Below, piece by piece: positions 7,348 to 15,500 of a DNA stretch of 24,651 nt. The DNA is from Candidatus Krumholzibacteriia bacterium. Lineage in GTDB: Bacteria; Krumholzibacteriota; Krumholzibacteriia; LZORAL124-64-63. The stretch lies in the NCBI GenBank assembly GCA_028718575.1, contig JAQULN010000001.1, positions 1-24,651 on the forward strand. The letters are read 5' to 3'. The notes beneath the pieces were generated by a model that ran no database searches, had not been told where the DNA came from, and saw nothing but the letters and a program-made list of their open reading frames with translations. The position numbers and the translations under genes were made by a program. Numbering within the stretch: position 1 is the first letter of the stretch; each line of letters begins with the position of its first letter.

Positions 7348-8046
7348 CTAGCCGGCGACGCCGACGGGCTGCGGTTGCTCGGTCGTCGCGCGTTGCCCCG
7401 CCGGTTGGTCGGCGGACGCGCGGCGCCGCACGTACTGGCTGGTCAGCGCAAGCCACACCTCGCGGGCGTCCTCGAGCTGGGCGATGCGGGCGCGGATGCG
7501 GCGCACGAACACGTTGTAGAAGACGGTGGCCACGACTGCGACCACGATGCCGGCCGCGGTGGTCAACAGCGCCTCGGAAACGCCCATCGCCACCACGGCG
7601 CCGCCGCCGGAGCCCGTGCGGGCGATGTCGGCGAAGGCGCGGATGATGCCCACCACGGTCCCGAAAAGGCCGAGCAAGGGCGCGATCGTGGCCATGGTGC
7701 CCAGCACGCCGAGATTGCGCTCCATCTCCACCTGCTCGAGCTCGATGGCCGTGTCCAGCCGCTGCACCTGTTCCGCCGCCGTGCGGTTCATGCTGACGAC
7801 GCCCTGGGTCATCAGGCGCGCGACCGGCGTGTTCTGGCGCTGGCAGAACTCCAGGGCGGCGCGCGGGTTGCCGGCCTTCAGGAAGTTCGCCAGTTCCGCC
7901 ATGAACCGGCGCACGTCCGAGCGCGAGCTGCAGAAGTACAGCAACCGTTCGACGCTGAAACCGACGGTGATGATGGAACAGACCAGCAGCACCAACATCG
8001 TGGGCGAGGTCTGGAAAACCTGGATGACGGACATGTCGCCGAACAT
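7348..8046 (-). CDS. exbB: MotA/TolQ/ExbB proton channel family protein, 232 aa
   Basis: TM1 ending ...FSVERLLYF; TM2 LGTMATIAPLLGLFGTVVGIIRAF; TM3 GVSEALLTTAAGIVVAVVATVFYN. AGGAAGG RBS. Confidence 0.95.
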   Translation of the reverse strand: MFGDMSVIQVFQTSPTMLVLLVCSIITVGFSVERLLYFCSSRSDVRRFMAELANFLKAGNPRAALEFCQRQNTPVARLMTQGVVSMNRTAAEQVQRLDTAIELEQVEMERNLGVLGTMATIAPLLGLFGTVVGIIRAFADIARTGSGGGAVVAMGVSEALLTTAAGIVVAVVATVFYNVFVRRIRARIAQLEDAREVWLALTSQYVRRRASADQPAGQRATTEQPQPVGVAG

Positions 8047-8183
8047 GGGCTGTGCACCTTCCTGCTAGGAACTCCGCGGCTGCGAATTGCACGGAGTCGG
8101 TCTTGCAAATCGCTCCACCGGTTGCGGCGGCGAGCCGCCGAGGCACCGCTGGTGCTCGTAGTCCCTTACCGTTGCTCCATCAG

Positions 8184-8198
8184 GCAAGGAGCATGCCA
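8184..8198 (-). promoter_or_regulatory. Putative sigma54 (-24/-12) promoter upstream of exbB
   Basis: Minus strand TGGCATGCTCCTTGC matches TGGCA(C)-N5-TTGC with exact GG-N10-GC spacing. It lies in the only sizeable intergenic gap inside the operon, 14 nt after the TPR stop. Confidence 0.65.
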
Positions 8199-8212
8199 CG
8201 CGCTGGGCCGAA

Positions 8213-11200
8213 TCAGCCGCCGGCAATCACGCCGGCCGCCTGGATGGCGGCGATACGCTGCTCGGCCAGGGTCCGCCACTCGGGCTTGCCGCCGGCCGCG
8301 ATGATGCTGCGGTACGCGTCGACGGCTTTCTGCCAGTCGCCGCGTTCTTCGGCGATGCGGCCGATCTCCGCGAGCGCCGCGATGCGGAACGGATCGGCGC
8401 CGCCGCCGGCCGCGGCCGCCGCGAAGCGCGCCAACGCCGCGTCGACGTCGCCGGCCTTGACCAGGCATTCACCCTGCCGGAAGCGGATCTCCAGGAGCGG
8501 CGCCCCGGCCACCGCGGCCGCCTTTTCGTAGCTGCTGACCGCGCGCTGCCAGTCGCCCAGTTCCTCTTGATACAGGGCCGCGATCTGCAGCCAGATGCCT
8601 CGTGCGTTCTCGTGGTCGGGATAGTCGGCGGCGAACCGCTCCAGACTGCCGATGGCGGCGTGCCACTGCTCCTGCTCCTGGTAGCTGATGGCAGCATTGT
8701 AAGCCGCCAGCGGGGCGTACTCCCCGCCCGGGAACAGATCGGTCAGCGTCTCATAGGCCGCCGCGGACTCGTCGTACCGCTCGAGCTTGAACAGGACGGT
8801 GGCCGCGCGCAAATGCGCCAGTTCGGCCAGCTCGTGGCGCGGATACGTAGTCGTGAAGTTGCTGAAGCCGGCCAGGGCCTGCAACTGCGACTCGGCCCGA
8901 TAATAGCTTTCAGCCAGATAGAACAGCGCGCCGGGCGCCGACTCGCTCGTCGGGTAGTCCAGCGTAACGCGTTCGAACGCCTCGGCGGCCTGACGGAACT
9001 GCCCGTTCGCGAAAGCTTCCTGACCCTTGTTCCAGTAGATGTCGGCCGCCAGCGCGCTGTCGGGACGGCGCTGCAGGTATTCGGTCATGTCGCGGCCGCT
9101 GCGGTAGAAGCAGCTCTGGATGCCGAGTTCGGCGTCGTCGACGCGCGGGTCGCCGGGGAACTTCTCGGCGAAGGCCTGGAACCGCGCGATGGCCAGATCG
9201 TCCTGGCCCAGGTTGTAGGAGCAGTTCGCCAGGCCGAACGCTGCGTCGGCGGCATGCTCGCCGGTGGCGAATTGGGCCTGCAGGCGGCTGTAGCTGCGGT
9301 CGGCCGCCTCGAAGCGGCCGAGCCCGAACTGCGTGTCGGCGATGCGATAGAGCGCCGTGGCGGCTTCCGGCGCTTGCGGGAAGCGGGTCAGCAGCGTGTT
9401 CCAGGCTTCCAGCGCCTGCTCGTAGTACTGCAACCGGTAGAAGCAGTCGCCCTGGTTGGCCAGCGCCGTCGGCGCCGCAGCGTCGTCGGGGTTCTTGGCC
9501 AGGAAATCGGTGAACTGCCGCAGCGCGTCCTCGTAACGATGCTGGTTGAAGAAGATCGATCCGACGGCCAGGCTGTTGGTGCCCTTCTCGCTTTCGGCGT
9601 TGGCCAGCACCCGCAGGAAGCGGTCTTGCTCGGCCAAGGCGTCTTCGTACTGGCCGGCGCGGCTGAGCGCGGCCACCAATCCTTGCAAGGACGGCGCCGC
9701 GACGTTGCTGCGCGGATAGCCGGTCAAGACCAGGCGGTACATGCCAGCCGCCTCGCGGTAGAGACCCTGGCTGAAATACGCTTCACCGAGATGGTAGTAG
9801 GTTCGCCCGCGCCAGTGGCTCGGTGTCGGCAAGAGCTTGCTCGCAATGTAGTTGTAGTTGGTCAACAACCGATCCAACTGTTCCGTGCGCAGGTACGCCA
9901 GCGTGGACAGGAAGAGGGCCCGCTCGGCGACGTCGGTGTTGACGTGCTTGTCGGTCACGTTCTGGAAGGCGAGGATCGCCTGCTTGTATTCTGCGTGCTG
10001 GAAGTGGCTGAAACCCTTCAGCACGCGCACGCGCGGCGCCAGCGGATCGCCCGGATATCGTTTCAAGAACTCATCGGCCAGGACGATGGCCTGACCGTGG
10101 TTGCTCTCCTGCGCGTACGTGTAGACTACCTTGTGCATGGCCGCGCTGGCCACGGTGCTGGCGGGGAAACGGCGAATCACATCGGTCCAGGCGAAGATCG
10201 CCTCGCTGGGACGCCCCATTTGCAGGCAGCAGTTGCCGATCAGGTACTGCGCGTAGGCGACGACCTTGGCGTCCGGGAAGCCGTCGACGATCTGCTGGAG
10301 CTGGCGCATGGATTCGTCGTAGCGCTGTTCGCGATACGTCACGCACGCAATCTTGTAGCGGGCATTCGGCACGAACGGACTGTTCGGGAATGTGTCCAGG
10401 AAATCGCGATAGCTGCGCACCGCCACGTCGTTCTGGCCGGACCGGTAGAACGCCTCGGCGATGCTGTAGGCGACGTCGTCGGCCAGTGCGCTCTCGGGGT
10501 ACTTGCGCAGGATCTGCCGGTAGCGCTGGATGGCCAGGATGTACTGGCCCGTCTCCTCCAATGTGCGGCCAAGGAAGTAGAGGCCGCGATCGCTGGGCAC
10601 CTGCTCGAAATAGTTGCGCGCTTCATCGAAACGCTGGTCGTGGAACGCGAACAGACCGAGCGCGAACTTGACCTCCGGCAGATCGCCGTAGCCCGGCCGC
10701 CGCTCGAGCAGCTCGCGGTAGGCGCCTTCCAGCCGCAGCCAGTTGCCTTGCACGATGTAGGCCTGGCCCAGTTGGTAGAGCCCCTCGGCGAGCAGGAAGG
10801 TGTCCTGGTAGCGGGTCACCAGTCGGTTGTACTTTTCGACGGCTTCGTCGAACCGGCCGAGATTGAACAGGCACTCCCCTTCGCGCAACAAGACAGAAGC
10901 CTCGAGATACTTGTCGCGCCCCCGGGCCCCGCGCACGGCAGCGTACTCGCGTAACGCGCCGGCCCAGTCGCCAGCGGCCGCGTAACACTCGCCGAGCATG
11001 AACTGCGCGGCCGCGACTCGATCGCTGCGGCCGTAAGACTGCACGAACAATCGGTACTGCTGCATCGCGGCCGATTTGTCGGCGCCCTCGGCGTACGCCT
11101 TGCCGGCCGCCTGCCAGAGCAGATCCTCCGGCGGCACGAGCGACCGTTCGGCGGCCTGGCTTGCGGCGGCCAAGCCGAGGCTCACCACGAGAACGCCGAT

Positions 11201-11230
11201 CAGGAGCAGGCTGGCAACGTTGGACTTCAT
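8213..11230 (-). CDS. Large periplasmic tetratricopeptide-repeat protein (CpoB/YbgF/BamD-like repeats), 1005 aa
   Basis: GAGGGGAG RBS; ATG 11230 overlaps the upstream stop (ATGA). Signal peptide MKSNVASLLLIGVLVVSLGLAAASQA|A; more than 20 repeats of the type A.Y..G..Y...G.Y..A...F......(Y/F)P.S..A..A. Confidence 0.93.
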   Translation of the reverse strand: MKSNVASLLLIGVLVVSLGLAAASQAAERSLVPPEDLLWQAAGKAYAEGADKSAAMQQYRLFVQSYGRSDRVAAAQFMLGECYAAAGDWAGALREYAAVRGARGRDKYLEASVLLREGECLFNLGRFDEAVEKYNRLVTRYQDTFLLAEGLYQLGQAYIVQGNWLRLEGAYRELLERRPGYGDLPEVKFALGLFAFHDQRFDEARNYFEQVPSDRGLYFLGRTLEETGQYILAIQRYRQILRKYPESALADDVAYSIAEAFYRSGQNDVAVRSYRDFLDTFPNSPFVPNARYKIACVTYREQRYDESMRQLQQIVDGFPDAKVVAYAQYLIGNCCLQMGRPSEAIFAWTDVIRRFPASTVASAAMHKVVYTYAQESNHGQAIVLADEFLKRYPGDPLAPRVRVLKGFSHFQHAEYKQAILAFQNVTDKHVNTDVAERALFLSTLAYLRTEQLDRLLTNYNYIASKLLPTPSHWRGRTYYHLGEAYFSQGLYREAAGMYRLVLTGYPRSNVAAPSLQGLVAALSRAGQYEDALAEQDRFLRVLANAESEKGTNSLAVGSIFFNQHRYEDALRQFTDFLAKNPDDAAAPTALANQGDCFYRLQYYEQALEAWNTLLTRFPQAPEAATALYRIADTQFGLGRFEAADRSYSRLQAQFATGEHAADAAFGLANCSYNLGQDDLAIARFQAFAEKFPGDPRVDDAELGIQSCFYRSGRDMTEYLQRRPDSALAADIYWNKGQEAFANGQFRQAAEAFERVTLDYPTSESAPGALFYLAESYYRAESQLQALAGFSNFTTTYPRHELAELAHLRAATVLFKLERYDESAAAYETLTDLFPGGEYAPLAAYNAAISYQEQEQWHAAIGSLERFAADYPDHENARGIWLQIAALYQEELGDWQRAVSSYEKAAAVAGAPLLEIRFRQGECLVKAGDVDAALARFAAAAAGGGADPFRIAALAEIGRIAEERGDWQKAVDAYRSIIAAGGKPEWRTLAEQRIAAIQAAGVIAGG

Positions 11231-12522
11231 CGGAGACTCCCCTCGGCAGCGCCCGCCGCGCTGCCGCCAATTTCCAGGCGGATCGGCGTCCGGGTGCGCT
11301 CCCGGAACCCCATCACCTCGACCTGGCTCTGGTAATCCCAAACCTGACCCAGCGCGTCGACGATCTGGACGCGCGCCGTGTAGACGCCGTCGTCGACCAA
11401 CCGGCCGTCGGTGTCTTCGCCGTTCCAGGTCACTTCCGCCGGCGGCGCGCCGGAGCCTTCAAGGCGCCGGACCTCGCGGTCCTCGCTGTCGCGGACCACG
11501 ACTTGCCAGCGATCGATCGCGCCGCGGACGGCCGTCCGGATGCCGAACGTCACCGTGCGGTCGCTGCCGGAGGGACTGAACAGTGCGCGGTCGCGATCCA
11601 GCTTCACGCCGTACGGCACGCCGAAGCGCAGGGTGGCCGACACCACGTTCTGGCTGCCCAAATCCGTGTTGACGTAGGCGTAGTCGAACTGCCAGTTCTC
11701 CCAGCGGAAGCCGGCGCCGGTCGCCCACTGCTCTCTCTCGCCGTCATAACCCGCGCGCAACGCGACCTGGCGGTGCGGCCAGGTCTCCAAGCCGAAATGG
11801 TAGCCGGGGTCCATCCAGCGCGTACGCACCAGATCGGCGGTCATCTCCAGGCGGCCCTGGAAGAAGTTCAGGGCGATGCCGGCGCGCAGACTGTGCGGCA
11901 GCTCCTCCTCTGCTTCGATCAACGTGAGCTTCGGCGCCAGCGCGTTCTGCACCGAAACGCCGAGCCCCAAGGCCTGATGCGGCCGGTAGTGCGCGCCCAG
12001 ATCCAGGCCGGTGCCGGAGCCGCTCGCCCCGGCAATCGACTGCCGGACGTTCTTGACGGCCAGGCCCAGCGACAGCCGCCCCAGCGGACGGGCCCACGCA
12101 AACGAGTGGATGCTCTCGCGCTGGCTGAACGTCGCGTCGAGGTCCTCGTAGAGCGTCGCGCTTTCGAACTCGCCGCTCGAGGTGTAGGTGCCGCTGAGAG
12201 CGAAGGTCCCCCAACGCTCGGTCGGCAGACCCAGGGTCATGAATCCGTAGTGCGTATCCATGCCGAGGCTGGCGCCCATGGCCGTCAGTTCCATGGTGCG
12301 CAGCGACGCGTAGCCGGCGGGGTTCCAGTAGCTGGTGGCGGCGTCGTCGACCAGACCGCCGACGGCGTTGCCGAGACCCAGGCTGCGCGCGCTGGCGCCG
12401 AAGCGCAGGTAGCCGCCGGCGACGCCGCCGTCGTGTCCGGCCGTGGCCGCGCCGGCCAGAGCCAGGCACGCCGCCGTCGCCAGCAGCCGTCGCAGCGAAA
12501 GAGTGCTCCCGAGGGTGTTCAT
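11227..12522 (-). CDS. PorV/PorQ-like outer-membrane beta-barrel fused to a C-terminal FlgD-like Ig domain, 431 aa
   Basis: GGAGG RBS, ATG 12522; signal peptide. Family-typical N-terminus YLRFGASARSLGLGNA......DAATSYWNPAG; amphipathic strands (LSLGLAVK, GLDLGAHY, LRAGY, WQFDYAY, ATLRFG); then FSP...WQVVVRDSEDREVRRLEG.GAPP..VTWNGEDTDGRLVDDGVYTARV. Confidence 0.82.
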   Translation of the reverse strand: MNTLGSTLSLRRLLATAACLALAGAATAGHDGGVAGGYLRFGASARSLGLGNAVGGLVDDAATSYWNPAGYASLRTMELTAMGASLGMDTHYGFMTLGLPTERWGTFALSGTYTSSGEFESATLYEDLDATFSQRESIHSFAWARPLGRLSLGLAVKNVRQSIAGASGSGTGLDLGAHYRPHQALGLGVSVQNALAPKLTLIEAEEELPHSLRAGIALNFFQGRLEMTADLVRTRWMDPGYHFGLETWPHRQVALRAGYDGEREQWATGAGFRWENWQFDYAYVNTDLGSQNVVSATLRFGVPYGVKLDRDRALFSPSGSDRTVTFGIRTAVRGAIDRWQVVVRDSEDREVRRLEGSGAPPAEVTWNGEDTDGRLVDDGVYTARVQIVDALGQVWDYQSQVEVMGFRERTRTPIRLEIGGSAAGAAEGSLR

Positions 12523-12545
12523 CGTGCCTCCGCTTGCGGTGCGCA

Positions 12546-15500
12546 TCACTTCACCACCGCGATCTTGCGGCGCAGATCGAAGCCGCTGCCTTGGATGCGA
12601 CAGACGTAGCCGCCGTTGCCGACCAGCCGGTTCTTACCGTTGCGGCCGTCCCAGACGTACTGCGCAGTCGTCCCGCCGGTCACTTGCATGCGGTCCTGGA
12701 AGACGATCGCGCCGTAGAGGTCGTAGATCGTGATGTTGACGGGTCCGCTCGAGACGGCCTGGAAGAGGATCACCGTCGACTCGCTCCCGGCCCGGAACGG
12801 ATTGGGGCGGTTGGTGATCTCGCGATCGGTCGTCAGCCCCGTCGCCGTGTAGAGCACGACCGTCTTGACGGCCTCGCGCACGCCGCCGGTTTCTTCGGCG
12901 AAGAAGCGCAGGGTGTGCACGCCCGGCGCAGCATAGGCAGCGCCGAGTTCGGCCAGGGTGAACGACCCGGCGTAGAGGTTGCCGGGAAGCGGGGTGTCGG
13001 TGATGTCCACGTCGAACCAGACGCCCTGCACCGGCTCGGGGCCTGCCACGACCGAAACCAGGGAGATCGCCGTCGTCGGCAGCACGTAGTAGCCGTCGCC
13101 GTACGGCGCCGCCTCAGGCAAGAACCGCGGCGTGGTGATCGGCGGACCGAGCAGTTCGATCGCCAGCAAGGCGGACATCGCGTCGCCCGCCGCGGCCTGG
13201 ATCAGCAGGTCCTGGGAACCGTGAGCATTGACGTACAGGTCGCAGGTGGCTTGGCCGTTGACGTCGGCGATCAACTCGGCGCTGGCCGCGCGCAGCGAGC
13301 CGAGCCCGGCGTCGCCCGCCAGCAGGAACACCGACAGCGGCGTGCCGGCCACCACGTTGCCCGAGGCGTCGGAGGCCCGCACGCGCAGGTAGATCCGGTC
13401 GCCCGGCCGCAACGGCCGCAACAGCGGCTGCCCGGGCACGGCCTCCGCTTCCAGGATGCAGATCGAGACCGGCGCCGGCCGGACGACGATCACCGAGCTG
13501 AAGAACTGCTCGCCGGTCGCGTCGCTGACCTTGATGTAGATGGACTCGGCGCGGTCGTAGCTCTGGAAGGGGATCTCGCACACGCCGCTATTGGTCGTAC
13601 CCACGGTATCGGCCAGGACGCCGGCCGGCGTGAGCGCGGGATCGGGCCGCGGCGCGTTGCCGCTGTAAGCGGTCAGGATGAACGAGCGGTCGTCGCTCGT
13701 GACGATCTGACCGGTGACGATGTCCACGCGGCGCACGCGCATGGCGAACGGAACGCCGGCGATCGCCGTGTCGGGCACGTCCACCGCGTAACGCACTCCC
13801 TCGGGCACCACGGTGAGCACGTCGCTGTAGGACGTGCGGCCGCGGCTGTCGCGCACGCGGATGACGAGGCTCTCGCTCGCCGGATAGTACTGGCCGCCGA
13901 TGACCGCCTCGCCGGCGACCAGCGTGCCGCTGGTGATGCCCAGAACCGACGTCGCAGCGCTGCGATCCGGCTTGAGCGCCGTCATCTCGAACTGGCCGCC
14001 CGCCTGGATCCGCTCGCCGGTCTCCGGGTTCACCAGTCGCACGGTCAGGGTGAAGGTGGCCGGCGGTCCCGCGGTCACGACCGGCGGCGTCGGCAGAATG
14101 ATCCGGTACTCCGCCTCGTTGACCGGGATGTCCACGCGGCCGGAACTGACCGTCGGGTGGTCAGGATCGGTGGCGAACACGCCGATCAGACCGGGATTGC
14201 CGAGCACGATGCGCATGTCGCGGCTGCCGCCGATGAACGGCGCGTCCAGATCGTCGGCATCCACCAGATCGAGTTGGCCGCCGTCGCTCGCCAGTTGGAT
14301 CCTGCCGTCGTTGATCGTGCGCACCAGATTCCAGAACTGGTCGACGGCGCGCACGGTCAAGGTGAACGGCACCTCGGCCTGCTGCGTCAGGGGCGCGCCC
14401 GCCTTGCCGGAGCCGCTCAGGCTGCCGGGAGCGGGCGTCTCGCCGGGCGCCACGATCTGGATGCGCTTGAAGCCGTCGGCGACAAGCCGGCAGGTGTTGC
14501 TGACCCCGACAATGCCCTGGTCGTCGGCGACCTGGACGAAGATGTCCTCGGCGCGGCTATACGCCTGATTGATCAAACGGTAGCCGCTCTCCAGCATACC
14601 TTGAGCGACCTCGAGATGCCCCTGGCCGGGCAAACCGGTCTGGGCGCTCATGACCTGGATGTCGAAGAGCCGATCTTGCGTGGTGACACGCAGGCCCGTG
14701 TTGCTGTCGATCAGCTCGACCGTCAGCGGGAACGTGGTCGGCGGCCCGACGACCGCCGTGTCCGGCAGCGTGACGGCGTAATAGAGGCCGCCGGACTGCA
14801 TGACGATCACCGTGCTGAACGCTTCGCGGCCGTAGTCGTCGTCGACGCGGATAATGATGTCCTCGACCGTGCTGTAGCTTTGCGCATTCAGCACGCAGAC
14901 GCCGCCGATCAACTGGGCCTCGGCAATGCCCAACACGCCGTTGGCCGCGCCTTGATTCGGCAGCAGCGGCGTCAACCGGAAGCGGTTGCTCGCCGTCGGC
15001 ACGACGTTGCCCGACACCGGATCGATCAACCGCACCGTGATCTGGAATCCCGGCACCGGCCCGGTCGAGGCGACCGCCGGCACGGTGATCTGGTACGCGT
15101 ACGGCGGATCGACCGGAATCAGCGTTGTCTGCGCTGGCTTATTGAGATCCTGCTCGTCGTAGATGGTCACGCCGACAATGCCCTCGTCGGTCAAGAAACC
15201 GTTGAACGTGCGGCGGCCGTTGATGAACGGCACGAAGTTCTGATCCGGGTTGCCGGGATTGCTGAACGAACCGTCGCTGGCGACCAGGCGCAGGTTGCCC
15301 CCGCTGGTGGTGTCGGCCAGGTTCCAGTACTGGTCGACCGCGCGCGCGGTCATCGGGAAGACCTCGCCCGAGCGCTGCGTGAGCGACGCGCCGCTCTTGC
15401 CCGTTGCCTCGTATGCCGGGATGCCGGGTTCTACGACCTCGCCGGGCGCCACGATCTGCAGCCGCTTATAGCCGTCGGCCGCGAGCGTAAAGACCGGGCT

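Noticed and set aside
8047-8212. Possible cobalamin riboswitch before exbB (contains GGTAAGGGA)
   Set aside because: The core B12-box elements (GCCACTG, ACTGT, GGGAAG) are missing, and there is no B12 transporter gene in the locus.
8567-10954. 795-aa plus-strand ORF antisense to the TPR gene (likewise 4989-6503, 11161-12609, 2683-3804, 19857-20867 and 21170-22714)
   Set aside because: All fully overlap well-supported genes on the opposite strand and show no recognisable domains.
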